Of a DNA stretch of 64,000 nucleotides, positions 10,194 through 19,034 are shown piece by piece. The DNA lies in assembly GCA_039588295.1 (NCBI GenBank), contig JBDHAB010000006.1:161347-225346 (forward strand), given 5' to 3'. How positions within the stretch are numbered: the stretch's first letter is position 1; each line of letters opens with the position of its first letter. Source of the DNA: Gemmatimonadota bacterium. GTDB lineage: Bacteria > Gemmatimonadota > Gemmatimonadetes > Gemmatimonadales > GWC2-71-9. The notes beneath the pieces were generated by a model. It made no database searches. It saw only the letters and a program-made list of their open reading frames with translations, and was not told where the DNA came from. Position numbers and translations under genes: made by a program.

Positions 10194-12347
10194 ATGAGGG
10201 ATCTGCTAGACTGGGTACGCGTCGCACTCGGGGACCAATACGCCATCGAGCGGGAGCTGGGTCGCGGCGGGACCGCCACCGTATACGTAGCAGAAGATCT
10301 CAAACACCGCAGAAAGGTCGCCCTCAAGGTCCTTCGGCCCGAACTGGCCGCCCTCCTCGGGTCGGATCGGTTCCTGCGCGAGATCGAGATCGCCGCCAAG
10401 TTACGCCACCCGCACATACTCCCGCTGTTCGACTCAGGTGAGATCGACGGTCTCCTCTACCAGGTCATGCCGTATGTGGAGGGTGCATCGCTACGAGAGC
10501 TGCTGGAACGGGAGAAGCGGCTGGCACTCGACGACGCGTTACGGATCACCCGTCAAGTTGCGGACGGGCTCGGGTACGCCCACTCACTTGGGATCGTGCA
10601 CCGCGACGTCAAGCCGGAGAACATCCTGTTCGAGGCGGGACATGCGGTCGTCACCGACTTCGGCATTGCTCGAGCCGTGAGCGAGGCGCGGGCCGACCGA
10701 CTGACGGACACAGGCATCGTGGTGGGCACGCCGACCTACATGAGTCCGGAGCAAGCCGGCGGCGCGGAGGAGTTGGACGCGCGGAGTGATCTCTACAGTC
10801 TTGCCTGCGTGCTGTTCGAGATGCTGACTGGCGACCCGCCGTTCACCGCGTCCACCGCCCAGGCGCTCGTCGCGCGCAAGTCGGTGGAGCCGCCGCCGAA
10901 GCTACGTGTGGTGCGGCCGGCCGTCCCAGAGAGCGTTGAGGCTGCGGTGGCGAGAGCACTGGCCACCCTGTCCGGTGATCGGTTCGCTACCGTCGGCGCG
11001 TTCGTCGGGGCGTTGACGGCTCCGGTACCGGCCGGCGGCGGTGGGGCACCCGTGTCGATCGCGGTCCTGCCCTTTGCCAATGTGAGCGCCGATTTGGAGA
11101 ACGACTACCTGGGCGACGGCATCGCGGAGGAGATCACGAACGCGTTGACCAAGGTCCGGGCCCTGCGGGTGGCGTCCCGCACGTCCGCCTTCGCCTTCAA
11201 GCGACAGACTCTCGATATCCGCACCATCGGTCAGCAGCTCGGTGTGGCGACCGTGCTCGAAGGGAGCGTCCGCAGAGCGGGGAACCAGCTACGCATTACG
11301 GCACAGCTCGTCGACGTCGCCAACGGGTACCACCTCTGGTCGGAGCGGTACGATAGAGAGATGGAAGACGTGTTCGTGATCGAAGACGAGATCGCCCGCA
11401 ATATCGCCGGCGCCCTCAGCGTGATCCTCAGCGAAGAAGAGAAGCAGGTGCTCAAACGCGTTCCCACGAGCGACGTCAAGGCGTATGAGTTCTACCTCCG
11501 GGGTCGACAGTTCTTTGCTCAGGCTCGGAAGAAGAGCTTGGAGTATGCCCGTGACATGTTCACTCGAGCGATCCAGCTGGACCCGGAGTACGCACTGGCC
11601 TACGCCGGTGTGGCCGATTCCTGCTCGATGCTCCACATGTACTATCCCTCGTCTGAGCCCGACACCGAGCTCGCGGATTCGGCGAGCCGCAAGGCACTCG
11701 AGTTGGGCCCTGAGCTGGCGGAGGCACATGCCTCTCGAGGGTTTGCGTTGTTTCAAATGCAGCGGCTCGAAGAAGCGGAGCGAGAATTCCGCGAGGCTAT
11801 GGAGCTCGATCCAAAACAGTACGAGGCGCGCTACTTCTACGCGCGGACGTGCTTTCAGCAAGGAAGGTTCGAGCAGGCAGCCCAGCTCTTCGAGGCGGCA
11901 GCGCAGGCTCGGGAAGACTACCAGTCACGGTTCTTTGCGGCACAGTCGTACGCGGCCATGGGGCGCGAGGCGGAGGCCGAGTCGGCTTATCGCCGCGCCA
12001 TGGACGTTGCCACGCAGCATCTCGAGTTGAATCCGGACGACCCCCGGGCGGCCACGATGGTTGCCGTTTCCTATTGTCGGCTGGGCGAGCCAGAAAAGGG
12101 CTTGGAATGGGCGGAGCGGGCAACGGCCATCGACCCCGAGGATGCGGGCGTCCGCTACAACGTTGCATGCCTGTACTCACTCGAAGGGGAGACGGAGAAA
12201 GCCGTGGCCTGTCTCGAGGAGGCGGTGGAACGCGGATTCGGGAATGCCTCTTGGATCGAGCACGATCCGGACCTCGATCCGGTGCGAGACCACCCGCGGT
12301 TCGCGGTGCTGCTCGAACGGGTGGCGAGTGGGGGAGAGCAGCCGTGA
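10194..12347 (+). CDS. Ser/Thr protein kinase with TolB-like N (SIAVLPF) domain and TPR repeats
   Basis: VALK, HRDVKPEN, DFG, GTPTYMSPE; SIAVLPFANVS...GDGIAEEITNAL; TPRs ending DPDLDPVRDHPRF. Start placed at ATG 10194. Confidence 0.93.
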   Translation: MRDLLDWVRVALGDQYAIERELGRGGTATVYVAEDLKHRRKVALKVLRPELAALLGSDRFLREIEIAAKLRHPHILPLFDSGEIDGLLYQVMPYVEGASLRELLEREKRLALDDALRITRQVADGLGYAHSLGIVHRDVKPENILFEAGHAVVTDFGIARAVSEARADRLTDTGIVVGTPTYMSPEQAGGAEELDARSDLYSLACVLFEMLTGDPPFTASTAQALVARKSVEPPPKLRVVRPAVPESVEAAVARALATLSGDRFATVGAFVGALTAPVPAGGGGAPVSIAVLPFANVSADLENDYLGDGIAEEITNALTKVRALRVASRTSAFAFKRQTLDIRTIGQQLGVATVLEGSVRRAGNQLRITAQLVDVANGYHLWSERYDREMEDVFVIEDEIARNIAGALSVILSEEEKQVLKRVPTSDVKAYEFYLRGRQFFAQARKKSLEYARDMFTRAIQLDPEYALAYAGVADSCSMLHMYYPSSEPDTELADSASRKALELGPELAEAHASRGFALFQMQRLEEAEREFREAMELDPKQYEARYFYARTCFQQGRFEQAAQLFEAAAQAREDYQSRFFAAQSYAAMGREAEAESAYRRAMDVATQHLELNPDDPRAATMVAVSYCRLGEPEKGLEWAERATAIDPEDAGVRYNVACLYSLEGETEKAVACLEEAVERGFGNASWIEHDPDLDPVRDHPRFAVLLERVASGGEQP

Positions 12348-12357
12348 TGTCGGGAGC

Positions 12358-12618
12358 ATGTCGGCGCGCATGACGACTTCGCGGCGAACCCGCCTCACAC
12401 TGGTCGTCGCATGGCTCGTCTGCCCGCTTGCCGCGTGGTCGATCCTCATTGGTGGCGGTGCCTTCGCCGCCTCGCTCGCTCGGCGAGCCCAGCCGTCGGG
12501 GTGGGAGCCCGTTGCCGTGGTGGTGATCGCCTTCCTGTTTGCGCTCGCCTTGCTGCTCGCTCCGTTTCTGTTAACCTGGAGGCGATGTTGGCCAGTTCGT
12601 CGGGAGGACGTGACCTGA
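12358..12618 (+). CDS. Small two-TM hypothetical membrane protein
   Basis: Two hydrophobic helices (LTLVVAWLVCPLAAWSILIGGG; VAVVVIAFLFALALLLAPFLL); GGAG before ATG 12358/12370. Confidence 0.55.
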   Translation: MSARMTTSRRTRLTLVVAWLVCPLAAWSILIGGGAFAASLARRAQPSGWEPVAVVVIAFLFALALLLAPFLLTWRRCWPVRREDVT

Positions 12619-12724
12619 CTGCGATCTTGGGTCGTCCTCGTATGGGGACGATTGCAGATGCGAATGAGCCGTTCCCGTATCGATAATTATCATTTGGACA
12701 ACGTGTTACGAACTGCGTTCGACG

Positions 12725-12740
12725 CGGTACCGAACTTGCG
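12725..12740 (+). promoter_or_regulatory. Putative sigma-54 promoter (-24/-12)
   Basis: CGGTACCGAACTTGCG has GG-N10-GC with TTGC, upstream of the lipoprotein gene at 12890. Confidence 0.45.
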
Positions 12741-12889
12741 TTCTGGCTGCGCGGGTCCCGTCATGTTGGCGGGGAGTCATGTGCCCACGACGAGGTGGGA
12801 GGTGGTTGGTCATGACGCGAGAGGTACCGAAGCTCAAGCCCACGGTCTTCGTGACCGCCGTTCCAGAACTTGCAGGAGGACGGAAGGCA

Positions 12890-13603
12890 ATGCCAAGACC
12901 AACTGAGTCACGCCCAACTCGGTTTGACAGGCGTCCCCGCCGAGGCGGGCGCGCGCGCCGTCGAGCACACGCCGCTCGGGCGAAGCACCTGCTGGTGATT
13001 GCGTTGTTGTCGTTGTTCGCGCTCTCACTTGGGTGTGGGGGCAAGCGGGTCATGGTGCCGCCCCGTCTCGATCTCGCGCCTTACCAACAGGTGGGGCTGG
13101 TGCTATTCACGATCGAGAACGCCAAAGGGTCTTTCCACGAGCTCGCGACCGAGCGGTTCGCGCAGACGATTCTCGAGAGCCAACAGGGCGTCGAGGTGTT
13201 GGAATTGGGCGAGGCCGAGCGGTTGCTCGACCGGATCGGCGAAGACCGGTTGGATGCGTTTGCCGCGCGGCGGATCGGAGACGAATTCGGCGTTCCCGCC
13301 GTATTCGTCGGACATATGAAAGTGTCGGACGTCAAGCCGCGGGGCGCGATTCTCGATCTCAGGTTTCCGCGGGTCGAGGCTTCGGTGAATGTGGAGGTGA
13401 CGGTGCGGCTGCTCTCGACGGAGTCTGGGGCAACGGTCTGGACGAAGGCCGGCCGGGCCACGGAGACGGTCGGGGAGTTGGGGATTGCCGGCGGCGAGGT
13501 CTATTTTGGGGCCGAGAACCCCGATGAGGCATACGGGCGGCTGGTCGACCATCTCATGTGGGAACTCACCCACGACCTGCGTCCAACCTGGGTGAGGCAG
13601 TAG
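12890..13603 (+). CDS. Lipoprotein, CsgG/LpoB-like fold possible
   Basis: Basic n-region, hydrophobic h-region and lipobox LSLG-C; RIGDEFGVPAVFVG...VRLLSTESGATVW resembles the CsgG/TolB-N-like superfamily. Start uncertain. Confidence 0.6.
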   Translation: MPRPTESRPTRFDRRPRRGGRARRRAHAARAKHLLVIALLSLFALSLGCGGKRVMVPPRLDLAPYQQVGLVLFTIENAKGSFHELATERFAQTILESQQGVEVLELGEAERLLDRIGEDRLDAFAARRIGDEFGVPAVFVGHMKVSDVKPRGAILDLRFPRVEASVNVEVTVRLLSTESGATVWTKAGRATETVGELGIAGGEVYFGAENPDEAYGRLVDHLMWELTHDLRPTWVRQ

Positions 13604-13817
13604 CGGGCCGTCGGAGTCGGCCCACCTTGTGCCGCCTCCGCGCGAACGCGGCGGCGGGCTGATCGCTTCCAGGCTGGTCTCACCCCGAGTTGAGCCCCTT
13701 GAGCGAGCGTGGCGCGGGCGAGATGCGTCCCTAGCGGGATCGCCCCAGGCCGGTTAGCTTTGGCGAGCGTTTGGGCGTGCCCGATGGGGGTGCGCCGCGG
13801 TACCAGTGAACACGACG

Positions 13818-13859
13818 ACGGGGACCTGGCAGCGCGCGCAGGTGCCCGTTTCTTGTTTC
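13818..13859 (+). terminator. Intrinsic terminator-like hairpin in the intergenic region upstream of csp
   Basis: ACGGGGACCTG...CAGGTGCCCGT stem (1 mismatch) followed by TTCTTGTTTC. Confidence 0.45.
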
Positions 13860-14011
13860 AGGATCAGTCGCCGGGTGGCGAGGTGGCCAGCCACCTCGGG
13901 AGCCGGCAGCCGGCGCGGGGGCGGACCCGCGATGTCACGAAGATGAGCGATCGGCAAGGACGGTACGACCGGACTCCGACGAACATCGACACCAATACCA
14001 AGGAGTGCGGA

Positions 14012-14224
14012 ATGCGCACCAAAGGCACGGTGAAGTGGTTCAACGACGCCAAGGGTTTTGGCTTCATCTCTCGCGAAGACGGTGAAAAGGATTGCTTCGT
14101 GCATCACACCGCGATCCAGGGCGACGGCTTCAAGTCGCTCCGAGAGGGTGAGCGGGTCGAGTTCGATGTCGTGCAGGGCCAAAAAGGCCCGGCGGCTGAG
14201 AACGTAACCAAAATCGAAGACTGA
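14012..14224 (+). CDS. Cold-shock protein (CspA family)
   Basis: [19 protein letters not shown] (RNP1), DCFVHHTAI (RNP2), [19 protein letters not shown]. The ORF-track start at 13709 is over-extended. Confidence 0.96.
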   Translation: MRTKGTVKWFNDAKGFGFISREDGEKDCFVHHTAIQGDGFKSLREGERVEFDVVQGQKGPAAENVTKIED

Positions 14225-14256
14225 GTCCGAACGCCGACCGCGTCTGAGCGGGACGG

Positions 14257-14284
14257 GGCCATCCTGACTTCGGTCGGGGTGGCC
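14257..14284 (+). other. Stem-loop with cUUCGg tetraloop between csp and rpsU
   Basis: GGCCATCCTGAC-TTCG-GTCGGGGTGGCC; no U-tract follows. Confidence 0.6.
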
Positions 14285-14328
14285 ACAGTGTATCTGCGCC
14301 CGCGGGCGGCGATCATCCAGGGAGTGTT

Positions 14329-14523
14329 ATGACGGAAATCATTCTGTCTGAGAGTGACTCAGTCGAGTGGGCCATCAAGACGTTTCGCCGCAAAGTGCAG
14401 CGGGCGGGCATTCTTCAGGATCTCCGCAAGAAGCGTCACTACGTGAAACCAAGCCTGGCACGTCGGAAGAAGGCGGCGGCGGCCCGGCGTCGGATGCGCC
14501 GAGGGCGGCGACCGCGCCGCTAG
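14329..14523 (+). CDS. rpsU: 30S ribosomal protein bS21
   Basis: SVEWAIKTFRRKVQRAGILQDLRKKRHYVKPSLARRKKAAAARRR; RBS GGAG. Confidence 0.92.
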   Translation: MTEIILSESDSVEWAIKTFRRKVQRAGILQDLRKKRHYVKPSLARRKKAAAARRRMRRGRRPRR

Positions 14524-14610
14524 GCGCGTGACGACGTGGGGTGGAGGCAACGGTCGGCGACAGTCCGGCCGGACAACGGAACGGCCCAGCACCGCCACAA
14601 GGGGGGGCGT

Positions 14611-16173
14611 GTGAGACGACTCCGCGTCGGGATCATCGATCTCGTCACGAAAGGACCCACGAAGGGACTCTACGGCCGCATCATGAACGCGAACCTCGCG
14701 AGCATCATGCCCCAAGTTCTCGGGTATTGGTGTGAAGAGGAAGGGCATGATGTGACGTTCGTGTGCTACACGGGGGTGCAGGATCTCGTATCGGAGCTGC
14801 CGAAGGATGTGGACGTCGTGTTCATCGGTGCGTTCACGCAGGCGGCACAGCTCGCCTATTCCCTGAGCAACCTGTTTCGATCCAAGGGCGCCGTCACGGT
14901 GCTCGGTGGGCCGCACGCGCGCTGTTATCCCGAGGACGCGATCCAGTACTTCGACTACGTGCTGGGCTTTACCGACCGCGAGCTCGTGCGCGATGTCCTG
15001 CGTGACGTGGCGCCCCAACGGCCAGTTGGGCTTCACCTGCAGGCAGCGCGGCAACCGGCCACCCTTCCGGGCGTGCAGCAGCGTTGGAAGTTCGTTGAAC
15101 GGACCCTAGCCAAGGCGCCGCTCATCAAGATCGTCCCCATGATCGGCAGCCTCGGCTGCCCGTACACCTGCAGCTTCTGCATCGACTCCGAGGTACCCTA
15201 CCAGACGATGGACCTGGAGGTGCTCAAGGACGATCTCAGGTTCCTGCGGGGCAAATTCCGGCGCCCCCGCGTCGCGTGGCACGACCCCAACTTCGGGGTT
15301 CGGTTCGACGATGTGATGGACGCGATCGAAGCGGCGGCGCCGGCGGGTAGCATCGACTTCATTGCCGAGAGCAGTCTCGCCCTTCTGCTGGAGCCGCGCC
15401 TCGAGCGGCTGCAGCGGAACGGATTCGCAGCGATCCTGCCCGGGATCGAGTCTTGGTATGATATGGGAAACAAGTCGAAGACGGGCAAGGCACAGGGGGC
15501 GGCGAAGGTCGCTCGGGTTGCTGAGCACGTGGAGACGATCCAGCGCTACATTCCGTATGTCCAGACCAACTTCGTGCTGGGACTCGACGGAGACGCCGGC
15601 GCCGAGCCGTTCGAGCTGACCAAGCGATTCCTGGACATGACCCCCGGCGCGTTCCCCGCGTACTCGTTGCTGTCTGCCTTCGGCCGTGCGGCTCCGCTCA
15701 ACCTGGATTACCAGCGGGCGGGGCGCGTGCTCCCGTTTCCGTTCCACTTTCTGAATAACAACCACGCGATGAACGTGAAGCCCGCGAACTATTCGTGGCC
15801 TGAGTTCTACGACTACGTGATCGCGCTCACCAAACACTCGGTGTCATGGCGGGCAATCTATCGACGGTTTCGGGCGATCCGGCCGCGCATTCCGCGGTGG
15901 ATGAACGTGGTCCGCGCTATCTCCTCGGAGGGTTTCGGGCGCATCCGGTACTACACCAAGGTCCGGGAGCGGCTCGACGTTGACCGAAAGTTCCGGGACT
16001 ACTTCGAGGGTGAGAGCACCGACTTGCCGTCGTTCTTCCTCGAACGGGTCCGCCGGGATCTCGGACCGCTGTGGGAATGGCTCCCGAAGGGGGCGCTGCA
16101 CCACGACCCCAACGCGTATCTCAAGGCCTCGGGGCCAAGCCAACTCGTTGCGTTGCGAGCTGCCACGGCATAG
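14611..16173 (+). CDS. B12-binding-domain radical SAM protein
   Basis: CxxxCxxC motif GCPYTCSFC; N-terminal cobalamin-binding-like domain (VTVLGGPHA); GTG start assumed. Confidence 0.85.
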   Translation: MRRLRVGIIDLVTKGPTKGLYGRIMNANLASIMPQVLGYWCEEEGHDVTFVCYTGVQDLVSELPKDVDVVFIGAFTQAAQLAYSLSNLFRSKGAVTVLGGPHARCYPEDAIQYFDYVLGFTDRELVRDVLRDVAPQRPVGLHLQAARQPATLPGVQQRWKFVERTLAKAPLIKIVPMIGSLGCPYTCSFCIDSEVPYQTMDLEVLKDDLRFLRGKFRRPRVAWHDPNFGVRFDDVMDAIEAAAPAGSIDFIAESSLALLLEPRLERLQRNGFAAILPGIESWYDMGNKSKTGKAQGAAKVARVAEHVETIQRYIPYVQTNFVLGLDGDAGAEPFELTKRFLDMTPGAFPAYSLLSAFGRAAPLNLDYQRAGRVLPFPFHFLNNNHAMNVKPANYSWPEFYDYVIALTKHSVSWRAIYRRFRAIRPRIPRWMNVVRAISSEGFGRIRYYTKVRERLDVDRKFRDYFEGESTDLPSFFLERVRRDLGPLWEWLPKGALHHDPNAYLKASGPSQLVALRAATA

Positions 16174-16203
16174 CGCCGCGTTGAGCTGCGGCGGGCGCGG
16201 GGA

Positions 16204-18870
16204 TCACCCGGTGTTCCGCATGCCCGCCGCGATGCCGTTGACGGTGACCAAGAGGGCGTCCTGCAGGCATTCCTCGTCAGGGGCGGCGCGTAGCCGACAC
16301 AAGACTTCCGTCTGCACCAAGTTGATCGGGTCGACGTAGGGATTGCGCACATCGATCGAGCGTCGTAGGACCGCGTTGTCTTCGAGTAACCGCGCGTGAC
16401 CCGTGATGCGCGAGATGAGTTCAGTCGTCCGACCCAGTCGCGTTCTCAGGTCGGTCCCGATCCACTGCAGGTCCTCGGGTACGAGCCGCCGGTCGTATTG
16501 CTCCGTGATGGACGGCGACGCTTTGGCCAGCACCATCTCCACCAACTCGATGGTCGACCGGAAGAAGGGCCATTGCTCATACATGTGCTGCAGTTCCGCG
16601 AGCCCTCCGTCTCGAATCACCGCATCGAGCCCGTCGTTGACCCCCAACCAGGCTGGGAGGAGGAGGCGCGTCTGCATCCAGGCAAAGACCCACGGGATTG
16701 CACGTAACGACTCGACCCCACCGCCCGTACGACGCCGCGCAGGTCGGCTCCCGATCTTGAGGCGGCCAAGCTCGATCTCCGGCGTGGCCGAGCGAAAGTA
16801 TCGCAGGAACTCCGGCGTGTCGTAGACGACGGTGCGGTAGGCCGATCGCGAGACGTCGGCCATCTGCTGCATCCGCCGTCGCCACTCCGATGATGGCTGT
16901 GGGTGTGGTGTGAGGGTGGCCTCCAGCGTGGCCGTCGTGTAGACCTCGAGGGTCCTGAGAGCAATGCCCGGCAGGCCGAACTTGGCCGCAATCATCTCCC
17001 CTTGTTCGGTCACCCGCAGCGCCCCGCCGACGGATCCGGGCGGCTGTGACTGTAGGGCGAGATGGGTCGGGCCGCCACCCCGGCCCACGGTTCCCCCGCG
17101 ACCGTGGAACAACGTGACGCGCGTGTCGGATTCGCGAGCGGCCGTGACGATCTGCTCCTGCGCTTGGTACAGCTCCCACGCAGCGGCCAGTCGCCCTCCG
17201 TCCTTCGCCGAGTCGGAATAGCCCAGCATCACTTCCTGCTGTCCCGCGATGCGGGAACGGTAGCAGTGGATGCCGAGCAACTCCCGCAGGCATGAGCCTG
17301 CACCCCGCAAATCCGCTACCGTCTCGAACAGCGGCACGACTCGCAACCGCGGGCTCACACCTGCCGCCACTTGAAGGGCCTCGACCGCAAGCACGTCCGA
17401 CGGCCGCTCGGCCATCGAGATGACGTAGGCGCCCAGCGAATCAGGCGGGAGCGTCGCTGCGATGCGAAAGGTGCCCAACACATCGCGCACGGGCGGCTCG
17501 AAGCTTGCCGAATCGGCAAGTGCCTCCCGGAGCACACCGCCGAAAGCCTCGATCTGCTCGCAGAGAAAACGCTGACGCGCGGTTTCCTCCCAGTCAGCGT
17601 ACGAACCGAGACCTGCGCCGTGGGTAATGGCGTCGAGTGTCTCGGTGTGTCGCGCCGATTCCTGCCGCAAGTCGAGGCGCACCAGGGTCAATCCGAAACA
17701 CGCGATCCGCCGCAACACGTCGAGGAGACGACCGCCGACCAGGATTCCCGCGCCTGTTGCGTCGAGAGACCGAGCGCAGACCCGAAGTGGCTCCGCCAGC
17801 TCCTGGACATCCCAGTACATGCGTGCAGCGGTGGTCGGGTCGATCCGCTGGCCCTCAAGCATCTGCTCGATACCCGCACGCGTCGCAGACAGCCGATCGC
17901 AGACCTCGCGGAGTAACGTGCGGTAGGGCTCCCGCGCATTACCCACCAGCCGTTGTAGCTCTGCACTGCCGTCTCGCAGCGAAAGCTCCGCTCGAAGCGC
18001 GGTGACGTCTTTCAAGTACAGATCGGCCGCCATCCATCGAGCGAGCAGACACGCGTGCGCCGTCACCTCCGGAGTCACGTTGGGATTCCCATCCCGATCG
18101 CCCCCCATCCAGGAACCGAACCGGATGGGCACTGCCTCCATCGGGAGCACTTTCCCCGTTGCGGCCTCGAGCGCGCGGTCGAGGGCCCGGAGATAGGACG
18201 GTACGGCATCCCACAGCGTCTGCTCGAACACGACGAGTCCCCACTTGACCTCGTCGAGCGGTGTAGGCGGCTCATGACGTACTTCGTCCGTCCCCCATGC
18301 GACCGTAACCTCTCGCAGGAGCTCCTGTTCCATCTCCTGGCGCTCGGCCGCCGTGAGGTCGACTCGATCCCGGTGGGCGAGGAGATCGGCGATGCGACGG
18401 TGCGTCTGGCGAAGCGTGCGGCGGATAACTTCCGTTGGGTGTGCGGTGAACACCAACTCGATTTGGAGCGCGCACACACCGGCGTGCAGCGCTTCGGGAA
18501 CTACGTCCGATGCTAAAAGTCTCGAGAACGAATCTTCAAACGAGGCACGCTGGGGCGGGGCGGTGGAATCGCGCTGATAGGCATGCCGGCGACGAATACG
18601 GTGGTGCTGCTCGGCGATGTTTGCCAGCGTAAGAAAGTGCGCAAACGCACGTGCGATTGGCAGGGCTTCATCCACGGAGAGCGCTTCGAGTACGCTTCGC
18701 AGCTCGTCGAAGCAGACCGACTCACCTTGCCGTGCCCGCTTGGAGAGCCCCCGCACGTGCTCGACCGTCTCAAAAAGCGGCACGCCTTCCTGCGTGCGAA
18801 GTGTCTGGCCCAGGAGCGCTCCGAGCAGGCGAACGTCGTCGCGAAGTGGACGGTGAGGATCGGGAGTCAC
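16204..18870 (-). CDS. ppc: Phosphoenolpyruvate carboxylase
   Basis: VFTAHPTE, WMGGDRDGNP, VMLGYSDSAKDGG, FHGRGGTVGRGGGP, LRAIPWVFAW, C-terminal AAGMRNTG. Start placed at the GTG before LRDDVRLLG. Confidence 0.96.
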   Translation of the reverse strand: MTPDPHRPLRDDVRLLGALLGQTLRTQEGVPLFETVEHVRGLSKRARQGESVCFDELRSVLEALSVDEALPIARAFAHFLTLANIAEQHHRIRRRHAYQRDSTAPPQRASFEDSFSRLLASDVVPEALHAGVCALQIELVFTAHPTEVIRRTLRQTHRRIADLLAHRDRVDLTAAERQEMEQELLREVTVAWGTDEVRHEPPTPLDEVKWGLVVFEQTLWDAVPSYLRALDRALEAATGKVLPMEAVPIRFGSWMGGDRDGNPNVTPEVTAHACLLARWMAADLYLKDVTALRAELSLRDGSAELQRLVGNAREPYRTLLREVCDRLSATRAGIEQMLEGQRIDPTTAARMYWDVQELAEPLRVCARSLDATGAGILVGGRLLDVLRRIACFGLTLVRLDLRQESARHTETLDAITHGAGLGSYADWEETARQRFLCEQIEAFGGVLREALADSASFEPPVRDVLGTFRIAATLPPDSLGAYVISMAERPSDVLAVEALQVAAGVSPRLRVVPLFETVADLRGAGSCLRELLGIHCYRSRIAGQQEVMLGYSDSAKDGGRLAAAWELYQAQEQIVTAARESDTRVTLFHGRGGTVGRGGGPTHLALQSQPPGSVGGALRVTEQGEMIAAKFGLPGIALRTLEVYTTATLEATLTPHPQPSSEWRRRMQQMADVSRSAYRTVVYDTPEFLRYFRSATPEIELGRLKIGSRPARRRTGGGVESLRAIPWVFAWMQTRLLLPAWLGVNDGLDAVIRDGGLAELQHMYEQWPFFRSTIELVEMVLAKASPSITEQYDRRLVPEDLQWIGTDLRTRLGRTTELISRITGHARLLEDNAVLRRSIDVRNPYVDPINLVQTEVLCRLRAAPDEECLQDALLVTVNGIAAGMRNTG

Positions 18871-19034
18871 GGAGAGATAGCTACTCCCGTCGACGTGTCG
18901 TGTCAAAAGTGCTGCAATTGCTATTTTAGTGCCGACGGTCTTCATGGCATGAGGTCGATGTATCCACGACGCTACGGTACTACCTGGAGGATGTGATGTG
19001 TGGACTGTGTAAGGACTCCAGTCGCCTACCGGCG

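Noticed and set aside
12678..12743. Fur-like GATAATTATC palindrome and a GAAC-N4-GTTC LexA (Cheo)-like box
   Set aside because: Poor fit to the 7-1-7 Fur box. The GAAC-N4-GTTC overlaps a better sigma-54 match, and the downstream gene is not an iron or SOS gene.
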